A stretch of DNA of 64,000 nucleotides from Candidatus Thorarchaeota archaeon (lineage in GTDB: Archaea > Asgardarchaeota > Thorarchaeia > Thorarchaeales > Thorarchaeaceae). Of this stretch, positions 1 through 9,690 are shown piece by piece. The stretch lies in NCBI GenBank assembly GCA_008080745.1, contig SHMX01000001.1:308617-372616 (forward strand). Reading direction: 5' to 3'. The position numbers and the translations under genes are program-made. The notes under the pieces were generated by a model that saw nothing but the letters and a program-made list of their open reading frames with translations, had not been told where the DNA came from and did not search any database. Position 1 is the stretch's first letter, and the number at the start of each line of letters is the position of its first letter.

Positions 1-1311
1 ACCAGCAGCTAATTTAGCCTTAGCCCGTTTGCTAGCGGCACGTTTACCATCAGCATAGAGGTTTGCGATTTCCTCAAGGAGTTCAATGAACTTATCAACG
101 TCAATAATGTTGGTGATTGGTTCGTAAGAGCCATCATCGTTGATATAGAGGAAAGTAGACATACCACAGGCGAAGTGAGAGCTTAGTTCTAATTGAGGAG
201 TGCCTTTCATTAGACCAAGTGCACGCCCAACAGGCATCATAGCTGGAACAGGATACCATTCCGAGGCCGGGATCTTACCATCAGTCTGTTCTTCGATGAG
301 CTTGATACAATCGGGGATGGTAATACGCATCTCTTGACGCTTGTCATAGTCGATACGACCAGTGATGCTTACTGGTTGGAAGTTCACACAACGGATGACA
401 TCGGAGTTCTCAACTGCAAATTCAACTATGCCGCCAAGCTGATCATGGTTAACACCACGAACTACTGTAGGAACAAGAACCAACGAGTCAAGTCCGGCTT
501 TTCGACAGTTTTCAATGGCATCCATTTTGACTGGAAGAAGATTACTTCCACGAGCTTCGATATAAGGTTCAGGGGTTATGCCATCAAATTGCATATAGAT
601 TGTGGATAGACCTGCATCTCTGAGTTCTTGGGTGTATTCCAGACTCTTACCAATACGAATAGCATTACTTGCAATCTGAGTATGTCGGAATCCAAGCTCC
701 TTTGCCCATCGGATATATGTTGGTAGATGTTTACTAACAGTGGGTTCTCCACCAGCGAATTGAATGGCTGGTGCTGGGACAGGAAGGTTACCTCGTAGAT
801 TTTTCAACATCTCAAATACTTCTTCAGGAGTTGGCTCATAGACAGTTCCAGATTCAGCAGCATGAGCAAAACAGATAGGACAACGTAGATTGCATCTATT
901 GGTCACATCAAGCAGAGCAAGCGCAGTGTGGGACTTATGCTCGGGGCACTGACCACAGTCTTCAGGGCAGCCTTTTACGGTTTCGGTTCTAGGATTATCA
1001 AGACCGACAGTTTTGTACCACCATGACTGGGCCTTTCTGAACATATCAACATCGCCCCAGTAGATGTCTTTGAACTCGCCATGAGTTTCACAAGTCTTCT
1101 TGAACATGACCTTACCATCTTCTTCATAGAGGGTGGCATCGATGACGGTTACTTTATCATCACTTAATAGACACTCAGGACAGATAGACTGAGTATCATA
1201 GGGGAGCTTACGTATCTCATGTTTTTCAACATGATAACGGGACAACTCATCCCCACTCTCAGCATGTTTAATGGGTTCTGCTGGAACAGGATCAACTTTT
1301 TCATGTACCAT
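1..1311 (-). CDS. Radical SAM enzyme, partial; the C-terminus runs off the left edge of the window and 437 aa are visible
   Basis: Manual translation from the ATG at 1311-1309 gives MVHEKVDPV... It contains the CNLRCPICF (CX3CX2C) radical-SAM cluster motif and a GGEPT SAM-binding motif. The N-terminal extension is Cys-rich (CPEC..., GCPEDCGQCPEHKSH). The ORF track misses it because the stop codon lies outside the window. Confidence 0.7.
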   Translation of the reverse strand, partial: MVHEKVDPVPAEPIKHAESGDELSRYHVEKHEIRKLPYDTQSICPECLLSDDKVTVIDATLYEEDGKVMFKKTCETHGEFKDIYWGDVDMFRKAQSWWYKTVGLDNPRTETVKGCPEDCGQCPEHKSHTALALLDVTNRCNLRCPICFAHAAESGTVYEPTPEEVFEMLKNLRGNLPVPAPAIQFAGGEPTVSKHLPTYIRWAKELGFRHTQIASNAIRIGKSLEYTQELRDAGLSTIYMQFDGITPEPYIEARGSNLLPVKMDAIENCRKAGLDSLVLVPTVVRGVNHDQLGGIVEFAVENSDVIRCVNFQPVSITGRIDYDKRQEMRITIPDCIKLIEEQTDGKIPASEWYPVPAMMPVGRALGLMKGTPQLELSSHFACGMSTFLYINDDGSYEPITNIIDVDKFIELLEEIANLYADGKRAASKRAKAKLAAG

Positions 1312-1447
1312 AATATTCGCACTCCATGAGGCGATTAGTACCACCACTAAAGAGGGTGGTATTCTGGTGATTGGTCATCAAAAACCGAATATAACCTTTA
1401 TCCGAAGTTTCAGAGTATGAAAGCTAGTACGAGATGTTTCATGCTAA

Positions 1448-2278
1448 TTGTGTGATGGATTCATTATTATATCAGTCAAAATATGTTTTCATATGCAACT
1501 TGATTTATTCACTACTGGTTTTACAGCTATTGTGATTTTTCTTTCTGCACTCGTCCATGGAATAGCTGGCTTCGGAGCTGCTCAAGTTGCTATGGGTCTT
1601 CTTCCGCTCTTTCGAGACCCAGCTGCTGGGTCAATCATCTTCACCTTCATCGCAATTGTATTGAACTTGAGAGTATGGTGGAGTGTCCGTGAAGATTTCG
1701 CGTGGAAAGATTGGCTCATCCCCGTGAGCGGTCTTTTGTTAGGCTTGCCGACAGGGATATTTCTTTTTCAGGGACTTGATGAAACCGCACTGAGAATTGT
1801 AATTGGAATCACTTTAGTGATAGGTGTGATACTCATTATCATAATGCGTATGACAGAAATAGGAAAAAGCTGGATGAAAGAATCTTCACTCAAACTGGGG
1901 TGGAAAACAGGAGTATTGGCTGGTTTCTTTGCTGGTATCTTGGGCGGTTCGGTAGCAATACCTGGACCTCCAATGATATTGTATGGAACATATCTTTTGG
2001 CAACCGAGGAATGGAAAGGAAATCATACAAAAGCTGTCTTTACTGCCTTCTTTGGTACGCTGATGACCTATAGACTAGCTTCACTTGCCTTTGTTGGAGC
2101 GATAACGTTTGATTTAGCATTAGAAGCGATGGTTGTTATGCCTGCACTCTTCATTGGTTCAGCAGTCGGCATTTTTCTCTATAAGCGAATAGATGAAACA
2201 AAATTCAGATGGATAGTGCTGGTTGGTCTAGCCATGAATGCATTCATTCTTATCTTAACAGCTATCCCAGAGTTCTAG
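1448..2278 (+). CDS. TauE/SafE (TSUP, DUF81) family membrane permease
   Basis: Polytopic hydrophobic protein with the duplicated glycine-rich motifs typical of TSUP (HGIAGFGAAQVAMGLLPLF ... AGILGGSVAIPGPPMILYG). The real start is probably the ATG at 1493 (MQLDLFTTGF...). Confidence 0.65.
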   Translation: MCDGFIIISVKICFHMQLDLFTTGFTAIVIFLSALVHGIAGFGAAQVAMGLLPLFRDPAAGSIIFTFIAIVLNLRVWWSVREDFAWKDWLIPVSGLLLGLPTGIFLFQGLDETALRIVIGITLVIGVILIIIMRMTEIGKSWMKESSLKLGWKTGVLAGFFAGILGGSVAIPGPPMILYGTYLLATEEWKGNHTKAVFTAFFGTLMTYRLASLAFVGAITFDLALEAMVVMPALFIGSAVGIFLYKRIDETKFRWIVLVGLAMNAFILILTAIPEF

Positions 2279-2321
2279 ATAACTAAATATATTAAACGTC
2301 TTTACTATAGTTTAGTAATGA

Positions 2322-3779
2322 GTGTCGATGCTTGTGGATAGTAGAAATTTAACACTGCTTCAAATAAATGACAGTCACGCCTATATTGAACCACACAATG
2401 AATATTTCTGGAATGGCGAAGAACTTGTGATTAGGGAAGCAGGAGGATATGCCAGAATTGCGGAATTGGTGAAAACCATCCGTGATGAAAAGAAGAACCA
2501 AGTATTATTCTTAGATAACGGGGATACAATTCATGGAACATACCCAGCAGTAACAAGTCATGGAGAAGCCATGGTTCCCATATTGAATAGGATGGGTATT
2601 GATGGTATGACACTTCACTGGGAGTTTGCATATGGGCCAGAACAGCTGAAGAAAATATCAAAGATGATAGATTACCCCTTCTTGGCCTGCAATACATACA
2701 ATGAAGAAGACGGAAAATTGGTCTATCCTGCATATGAGGTGTACGAAAGAAATGATATGAGAATAGGAGTTATTGGAATTGCAAACAGAATAGTAGATGT
2801 AACCATGCCCGTACAGTTCAGTAGGGGTGTAAAAATAACTAAAGGCGTTGATGAATTACCAGATCATATCAGAACCCTTAGAGAAAAAGAACGTGTTGAT
2901 TTAGTAGTCGTCCTTTCACATCTTGGACTGCCACATGCAAATTATATCGCTGAGCACATTGATGGAATTGATGTCTTTCTCAGCGGACATACGCATAACC
3001 GGCTGTACATGCCATTTGTGGTTAACAATACGATTATCATTCAATCTGGATATCAAGGCTCATTTATTGGAAGATTAGACCTCAGTATAAGGGACAAAAA
3101 GATAGTAGGATTCAAGCATGACCTGATTGAGATTAATGAGAATATACCCGATGACCCAGAGGTCAGAGAAGAGGTGACTAAAGTGATGGAACCTCATCGT
3201 GAGATGCTTCATGAGGTTGTTGGCGAAACCAAGACTCCTCTAGCCAGACATAGAGTTATGGAGAGTACAATGGATAACTTCCTTCTTCAGGGCCTAATCA
3301 ATACATCAGATGCAGAGTTAGCATTTTCAAATGGATGGCGATATGGTGCGCCTATACCGAAGGGAAATATAACAATGGAGGACCTCTGGAATATCATTCC
3401 CGTTAATCCACCAGTTTCAGTCTGTTCAATTACTGGAGAAGAACTACTAGTTATGATGGAAGAGAATCTTGAAGCTACCTTCTCTCGAGACCCTTTTGGA
3501 CAGATGGGAGGTTATGTGAAAAGGTGTTTAGGGCTGCATATCTATTTCAAAATTGAGAATCCTAAAGGCAGGCGAATTCAAGACTTCTTCATTGGTAAAG
3601 AAAGATTGGATAGGAAAAAGACATACCAAGCTTGTTTTGTGACAACTCAGGGTATTCCTGAAAGGTATGGATCCGAACGAAGAGATTTGGATATTGACGC
3701 TATTGAGGCTTTGCGACTGTTTCTGGATGAAAAGAAAAGTGTGAAAGCAAATCTACGAAATGCCATTGTCGCAATATAA
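2322..3779 (+). CDS. Bifunctional metallophosphatase/5'-nucleotidase family protein
   Basis: Calcineurin-like phosphoesterase motifs are present (INDSHAY, LDNGDTIHGT, GHTHN). A C-terminal 5'-nucleotidase substrate-binding-like domain follows. No signal peptide is evident. Confidence 0.75.
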   Translation: MSMLVDSRNLTLLQINDSHAYIEPHNEYFWNGEELVIREAGGYARIAELVKTIRDEKKNQVLFLDNGDTIHGTYPAVTSHGEAMVPILNRMGIDGMTLHWEFAYGPEQLKKISKMIDYPFLACNTYNEEDGKLVYPAYEVYERNDMRIGVIGIANRIVDVTMPVQFSRGVKITKGVDELPDHIRTLREKERVDLVVVLSHLGLPHANYIAEHIDGIDVFLSGHTHNRLYMPFVVNNTIIIQSGYQGSFIGRLDLSIRDKKIVGFKHDLIEINENIPDDPEVREEVTKVMEPHREMLHEVVGETKTPLARHRVMESTMDNFLLQGLINTSDAELAFSNGWRYGAPIPKGNITMEDLWNIIPVNPPVSVCSITGEELLVMMEENLEATFSRDPFGQMGGYVKRCLGLHIYFKIENPKGRRIQDFFIGKERLDRKKTYQACFVTTQGIPERYGSERRDLDIDAIEALRLFLDEKKSVKANLRNAIVAI

Positions 3780-3783
3780 TAGC

Positions 3784-4107
3784 TTATTCTAGGTCTTCAA
3801 GATTAAGAACGAGGTGAGCAGAAAAACCACCCCGTTCCTCACTCTTATTCTTACGAATGCTCTCAATCTGCATTTTAGAAATTTCTCTATGTTCTAGTAA
3901 AGCATAGATGGCTTCTAGTATATCAGCAATCTCTATTGATTCTCCGGATTCATGGAGTTCTAAGGATTCTTCAAGAATCTTATCTCGGAGGAGCTTGTCT
4001 ATTTCATCATGTGATGCTCTGCGAACTTGGGCTTCCAATCCCTTCGCTCTAATGATATCTGGAATCTTATCCCTGACTAGCTTTTCTTTTCCCAAAGCCC
4101 TCACCAC
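3784..4107 (-). CDS. MazG-like / PRA-PH-like nucleotide pyrophosphohydrolase
   Basis: Small all-helical protein carrying the KLVRDKIPDII ... EE..E motif, characteristic of MazG/HisE-like NTP pyrophosphohydrolases. Confidence 0.5.
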   Translation of the reverse strand: MVRALGKEKLVRDKIPDIIRAKGLEAQVRRASHDEIDKLLRDKILEESLELHESGESIEIADILEAIYALLEHREISKMQIESIRKNKSEERGGFSAHLVLNLEDLE

Positions 4108-4117
4108 AGACTGGATT

Positions 4118-4789
4118 CTACCTAATAGCCAAAGCTACTTCAATTTGATCCTTGGCTACTTTTTTGAAATCATCAATAGCTGCTTGGAGACCCTCGGGAA
4201 TATCTGTAGTCCAGGGTTCTTTTGCTCCTCGTGCAACACCATCCTTCATTTCTTCAAAGGGTAAGAAAGAGGGTTCCATCTGATCGTTAAAGGATAGTGT
4301 ACCAAGCCATTTTCCAGCTTCATGTACTTCATAGAGAGGAAACAAATCATCCATCTCATCAGGAACAATAGCATCCCAGAAAATAGTCATACCGTTGAAT
4401 TGCCCCGCATCGCCTAATCCGATAGCATAGGTATCTAATGTTGCCTTTGCAGAACGAATAGTATACAACAATCCAATACGACAATTCAGGCATTGATTGA
4501 ATTCTAGACCGTCCCCATTAGGTTGAGGATATGCAATTCCATTGGTTTCTTTATTGGAATCGTTGCAATGAGGACACAGATCCATGCCCCACCTAACTTC
4601 GAGGTGATCTTCAAATGGTCCTTCTAGAAATCTCTTCTTAGAGGTTTCAAAGGCATCCTTTACAGCTTGAAATCCTTCATCATCCATCTTTTTCCGAATG
4701 GCGGACCAAACATCTAACAAGTTCTGAGCACGTACGCCATAGATGATATCTGCCAGTTTATCAAGTGGTTTTTCTTCCAACCCGCTCAT
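4118..4789 (-). CDS. Hypothetical protein with a zinc-ribbon-like Cys cluster
   Basis: 223-aa ORF with CPHC ... CLNC spacing and no recognisable family. It is divergently oriented from ileS. Confidence 0.45.
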   Translation of the reverse strand: MSGLEEKPLDKLADIIYGVRAQNLLDVWSAIRKKMDDEGFQAVKDAFETSKKRFLEGPFEDHLEVRWGMDLCPHCNDSNKETNGIAYPQPNGDGLEFNQCLNCRIGLLYTIRSAKATLDTYAIGLGDAGQFNGMTIFWDAIVPDEMDDLFPLYEVHEAGKWLGTLSFNDQMEPSFLPFEEMKDGVARGAKEPWTTDIPEGLQAAIDDFKKVAKDQIEVALAIR

Positions 4790-5062
4790 AATGTGTCATC
4801 CCACATGAATCTCTGCCCTGATACAATTAAGTTTTGACCAGACGCAGATAGTGGTCAAAGTTAGTTAGCCTAAGATTTTTAACAGCTACATTGAATTTCC
4901 AACTAAGAGCCCTAACAGGTGAAAAGGATGGATTGCCAAATTAAATAGCAATGGCTTCTTTGAAAAGCTAGTCCATCTTGAGTTTACACCATTACGAACT
5001 AATTATAACGGGGCTCGAATTGATTCCAAATCAAATCTCAATCAATACAAGAGGAGTCCATA

Positions 5063-8000
5063 ATGAGCCCCCTAGCAAAGCGCTACGACCCGATAACCCT
5101 TGAAGAAGAGATACTCAAGTACTGGAAGAAAAATGAAACATTTAGGAAGACAGTGGAATTTAGAGAATCAGGACCACGTTGGAACTTCCTAGAAGGGCCA
5201 CCTACTACAAATGGCTTCATGCATGTTGGTCATGCAAGGGGCCGTGCAATGAAAGACGTCCAAATCAGATACATGACTATGAAAGGATACAATGTCTGGC
5301 GACGAGGTGGTTGGGATATGCAGGGACTCCCAGTAGAGTTGGAGGTCGAGAAGAAAGAAGGTCTCGCAGAGAAGGGTGAGATAGAATCAGAGATGGGAAT
5401 GGATCAATTTGTTCAGAAATGTAAAGATCTTGTGGATTTCTATCTTGAACGATGGGTCAACGATTCTGTTAGGCTGGGACTTTGGCTGGACTTCGACAGC
5501 GCTTATCAAACCAGACGTGATGATTACATCGAACATGTGTGGTACTTTCTCAAGTTAGCCAGTGAGAAAGGGTTGTTGGGAAGGGGTTACCGAGTCAACC
5601 CCATATGTCCACGATGTGTTACTGCGCTATCTGGCCATGAAGTTTCTCAAGGATACATGACAAAAACCGATCCCTCGATATACGTCAAGTTCAAGCGAAA
5701 AGGAATGGAAAATGAATACCTTGTCATCTGGACTACTACGCCATTTACCCTAATATCCAATGAGATGGTATCCGTACATCCGGATATGACATATGTGAAG
5801 ATTGAGGCCGATGGAGAATTCTGGTGGTTAGTTGAAGACTTGGTTGAGACCGTCATGGAGAAAGCTAAGGTCAAGAAGTACAAAGTGGTTGAGAAACTAA
5901 AAGGAAAAAAGATGCTAGGTTGGAAATACGAACATCCCTTCAAAGAAGAGGTTCCATTTCACCAAGAGCATGATGAGAAGTATATGCATGCAGTTGTAAC
6001 CGGAACTCATGTAACAGTTGAAGATGGTACGGGACTCGTCCACACAGCGCCGGGTTTTGGTCCTGATGACTTCGAGGTAGGTAGAGAATTTGATGTTCCC
6101 GTTCTCGCCCCTGTAACTAAGAAGGGACACTTTACAGAAGAAGTACCAATATTTGAAGGGAAGTATGTATTTGATACGAACAAAGACGTTCCAGAGATAC
6201 TCAAGCAAAAGGGACTTCTCCTACACCAAGAAACACTAGACCACGAATATCCACATTGTTGGAGATGTGATACACCACTCATATATCTAGCAGATAAGAC
6301 TCAATGGTTCCTAAAAATGGAAGGAGTTAGAGACCAACTCGTAGAACAGAACAAGAGAGTGGAATGGACGCCGGACTGGGCAGGAAGTGGTCGATTTGGA
6401 GACTGGGTTGCAAATGCAGATGACTGGTGCATATCTAGGTCTCGAATCTGGGGTTCACCACTACCAGTCTGGGTATGTGATGACTGTCATGAGGAAGTAG
6501 TAATCGGCTCCCAAGAGGAACTCAGAGTGAATGCTGTTGAATTTCCAGAAGAGTTTGAGATGCATCGCCCGTGGGTTGATGAGGTTGTCTTGAAATGCGA
6601 AAAATGTGAAGGAATCATGCATAGAGAACCTTTTGTGACTGACTGTTGGTTGGATTCAGGGATGGCACATACCGCAAGTGTGCATTACCTCAAAGACCCA
6701 AAGCTGTTCACAGAAGTGTTTCCATATGATTTCATTACAGAGGCGGTTGATCAATCTAGGGGATGGTTCTATAGCTTGCTCTACACCTCTGTTGTTATGC
6801 ACGGTACTGTAGCCTATAGGGCGTGTGTTAGCCAAGAACATGTCTTAGATGAAGATGGAGGTAAAATGAGTAAATCGCGTGGAAATGTGGTCTGGGCCGA
6901 GGATGTCTTCAAGGAAATAGGAGCTGACCCATATAGGATACATGTGGTGACAAAGTCCTCCTCATGGTCAAGAATGAATTATGCAAAAAGAGAAGTTGAT
7001 CTTACTAGAAAAAAGCTAGACATTCTTTGGAACGTAGTTCTCTTCGCAGACACCTACATGGAGCTAGACAAATTCAAGTTTGATGAAAAGAGATTGAAGA
7101 AGGGACTCAAGAAATCAGATTTGGAAGATAAATGGTTGGTGTCAAGAGTTCAAAGCGTTTTGAAGTCATTCCATGAGTATATGGACAAATATCTCTGGCA
7201 TCACGCAGGAAGAGTCCTATTAGAGTTCATAACCGAAGATCTCAGTAGAATCTATCTGCCATTGGTCAAAAAACGTGTGTGGTTAGAGAGTGAGGATCCT
7301 AAGAAGGTAATGGCATATGATGTACTATACTATGCCCTACAAAGTATACTTCGATGTATGAACATCTTCACACCCTTTTTGGCAGAGAAGTTGCATCAGG
7401 ACTTCCTAACCAAATTTGCAGACAATCAGCCCGAATCAATAAACCTGACAGATATGCCCGAAGTGGATGAGAAGTTACTAGATAAGGAGATAGAAGCGAC
7501 CTTTGATGTTCTAGAAGAACTCAGATCTGCATCAAGTCATGCAAGAAATAAGCGTGGTGTGAAACTTAGACATCCTGTTGCAAAGGTGGTTTTAATCGCG
7601 CTGACAGAAGAGATAGCCAAACGAGCTGAGAGTCTAAGAGATTTACTATTGGATGATTTGAATACCCGAGAATTCGAGGTACAAAAGACCGATGTTATGG
7701 CAGAATTTACAAAATTATCCATCAAACCTAACTTTAAGGCCCTTGGCCCACGATACAAGGACAAGATGAAGGCCATTGTAAAAACCCTAGAAGCGATAGA
7801 CGGAGGAAAACTACGTGAAGACCTTGAAACAGGTAAGGCATTCATAGATGTTGAGGGTGAGAAGATCGAGATTCTACCCGGGGATGTCGAATTTGAAGAG
7901 AGCCTCCCTGAACATCTGAGCCAAGCTGATAGCAAGATTGGTAAAGTGTATGTTGATGTTACCCGTACTAAGGAACTGGAAGCTGAGGGATTAATCAGAG

Positions 8001-8260
8001 ATGTCACTCGCAGAATTCAAGTCATGCGAAAAGAAATCGATCTCAACGTAGAGCAAGAGATAGATCTGACAGTACGCTTTTCGGACGCTGAATCACTTGA
8101 ACTGGCCAAGATGTTTGAAGATTATCTAGCAAATGAAACTAGAGCTGATAGCATGGAATTGGTTGGACCAAAAGCAAGACCAAAGTGGAAGAGCTTTGAG
8201 TATACGAAGGATTGGGAGATAGACGACCTCAAGATAAAGGTCGGCATGACCCCCAAATAG
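5063..8260 (+). CDS. ileS: Isoleucyl-tRNA synthetase
   Basis: 1065-aa class I aaRS with the HIGH-type motif (PTTNGFMHVGHARG), the KMSKS motif (GGKMSKSRGN) and an editing domain. Its length matches archaeal IleRS. A GGAG-like RBS sits about 8 nt upstream. Confidence 0.95.
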   Translation: MSPLAKRYDPITLEEEILKYWKKNETFRKTVEFRESGPRWNFLEGPPTTNGFMHVGHARGRAMKDVQIRYMTMKGYNVWRRGGWDMQGLPVELEVEKKEGLAEKGEIESEMGMDQFVQKCKDLVDFYLERWVNDSVRLGLWLDFDSAYQTRRDDYIEHVWYFLKLASEKGLLGRGYRVNPICPRCVTALSGHEVSQGYMTKTDPSIYVKFKRKGMENEYLVIWTTTPFTLISNEMVSVHPDMTYVKIEADGEFWWLVEDLVETVMEKAKVKKYKVVEKLKGKKMLGWKYEHPFKEEVPFHQEHDEKYMHAVVTGTHVTVEDGTGLVHTAPGFGPDDFEVGREFDVPVLAPVTKKGHFTEEVPIFEGKYVFDTNKDVPEILKQKGLLLHQETLDHEYPHCWRCDTPLIYLADKTQWFLKMEGVRDQLVEQNKRVEWTPDWAGSGRFGDWVANADDWCISRSRIWGSPLPVWVCDDCHEEVVIGSQEELRVNAVEFPEEFEMHRPWVDEVVLKCEKCEGIMHREPFVTDCWLDSGMAHTASVHYLKDPKLFTEVFPYDFITEAVDQSRGWFYSLLYTSVVMHGTVAYRACVSQEHVLDEDGGKMSKSRGNVVWAEDVFKEIGADPYRIHVVTKSSSWSRMNYAKREVDLTRKKLDILWNVVLFADTYMELDKFKFDEKRLKKGLKKSDLEDKWLVSRVQSVLKSFHEYMDKYLWHHAGRVLLEFITEDLSRIYLPLVKKRVWLESEDPKKVMAYDVLYYALQSILRCMNIFTPFLAEKLHQDFLTKFADNQPESINLTDMPEVDEKLLDKEIEATFDVLEELRSASSHARNKRGVKLRHPVAKVVLIALTEEIAKRAESLRDLLLDDLNTREFEVQKTDVMAEFTKLSIKPNFKALGPRYKDKMKAIVKTLEAIDGGKLREDLETGKAFIDVEGEKIEILPGDVEFEESLPEHLSQADSKIGKVYVDVTRTKELEAEGLIRDVTRRIQVMRKEIDLNVEQEIDLTVRFSDAESLELAKMFEDYLANETRADSMELVGPKARPKWKSFEYTKDWEIDDLKIKVGMTPK

Positions 8261-8261
8261 C

Positions 8262-9596
8262 TCAATAGGGAGAATCCTCTCTGCTGAGTCCTTCCGCCAG
8301 GGTATAGAAGAATCTTGCATTCTCTTGGATGGACTCCAGAGAAACCCATTCGTTAGGTCCGTGAAGATTGCCTCCACGTGGACCAAAATCAAAAACATCT
8401 GCTCCATGACCTGCAAAATATCGGGAGTCAGAAGCTCCATATCCTTCTATTAGCTTGTAACGTATATTCTCTTTCCTTAACGCCCACTCTGCAGCCTGGA
8501 TAAGTTCAGAGTCTGGTGGAGAATCCACATATCCAATTCCTGCATGGACCTTTACGCTTGCATTTTCAACTTTCCCTTGAAGCGCTTTTTCAAATGCTGC
8601 CTGTACCGCGTCACCATCATTAGTCATAGCTCGAATATCAAGATAGAATGACCAAGTATCATCATCTAATTCGACCAGATTGGGTGATACAATAGTACCC
8701 AAATCTGAATGTTCAGTATGGTATGGAGCTGCAGTAATAGAGAGGAGAGAATGAACTAATCCTGTAAGAGTGGCGTCATATTCCAGATCTTCCCCTTTAC
8801 TATCTGGATGGATTATATCCAGTTCTACCCAATCTGGAATCACATTTGATTTAACGAACCCACCCCTGATTGCACTGACCTTGGAGTATCCCTGCAAATC
8901 CAAATATTTTGATGCTGCCAACATCGCATGACGATCAACACCCAGTCGTTGATATGCTGAATGACGAGACTCACTTCCAAAGATGTCAGTTTTGAATCGA
9001 ATTGTTTCTTTTCGCCCTTTTGTTCGGAGAATTTTCTTTTCAGCTCGGATATATGTGGGTAAAATGTTCCTTCTGCGATGAATGATAACTTGATTGATTC
9101 CATCTGCAATTACTACATAATCGGGAAACATATCATTATCCACAAGATATTCTTTCAGATATCCTGCTCCATGCGAGCCCCCTATTTCCTCATCACCAGA
9201 AGCAGAGAGCATGATTGTCGCAGGAATTGGTGATTGTTTCAATATTTGTGCCATTAGAATCATAGAAACAATGTTGCCCTTGTTATCACAGGTACCACGA
9301 CCATAAGCAGTGTCACTTTCAACATGCAGTTTGAAAGGATCGGTCCTCCAACCATCACCAGGAGGTACAACATCAAAATGAGCTAAGAATAGAATCTTTG
9401 GACCCGAATTACCCTTTATCCCAAAAGCAGTATGGTATCCCTTAGACTCAAGCAACTCAGTCTTAAACCCGAATTCAGCCCAGCGCTGGTTTATATAATG
9501 GCCACATTCAGGATCTGCTTTCTTACCTGAAGATGCCTCGTTAGTAGTATCATAAGATACGAGAGTTTCTAATTCTGTCTTGACATCAATTGGCAT
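8262..9596 (-). CDS. M20 family metallopeptidase (ArgE/DapE/carboxypeptidase G2-like)
   Basis: Carries the M20 signature GRGTCDNKGNI and the metal-binding His/Asp/Glu pattern. It is convergent with ileS, with a 1-nt gap. Confidence 0.8.
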   Translation of the reverse strand: MPIDVKTELETLVSYDTTNEASSGKKADPECGHYINQRWAEFGFKTELLESKGYHTAFGIKGNSGPKILFLAHFDVVPPGDGWRTDPFKLHVESDTAYGRGTCDNKGNIVSMILMAQILKQSPIPATIMLSASGDEEIGGSHGAGYLKEYLVDNDMFPDYVVIADGINQVIIHRRRNILPTYIRAEKKILRTKGRKETIRFKTDIFGSESRHSAYQRLGVDRHAMLAASKYLDLQGYSKVSAIRGGFVKSNVIPDWVELDIIHPDSKGEDLEYDATLTGLVHSLLSITAAPYHTEHSDLGTIVSPNLVELDDDTWSFYLDIRAMTNDGDAVQAAFEKALQGKVENASVKVHAGIGYVDSPPDSELIQAAEWALRKENIRYKLIEGYGASDSRYFAGHGADVFDFGPRGGNLHGPNEWVSLESIQENARFFYTLAEGLSREDSPY

Positions 9597-9690
9597 AGTA
9601 ATTCAGTATAAAGTGAATCATACTTGTAAATAACTGCTTTGAGAAAAAGAAATGAGAAAGAGTGACGTTCAATCGCCACTCTAACTTAGA

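Noticed and set aside
334-609. 91-aa plus-strand ORF
   Set aside because: It lies entirely inside, and antisense to, the radical SAM CDS, which translates cleanly with conserved motifs. It has no motif of its own.
5179-8007. Six short ORFs (5179-5379, 5647-5943, 5915-6208, 6007-6282, 6656-6841, 7537-8007)
   Set aside because: All are antisense or out-of-frame shadows inside the 1065-aa IleRS gene. They have low complexity and no support.
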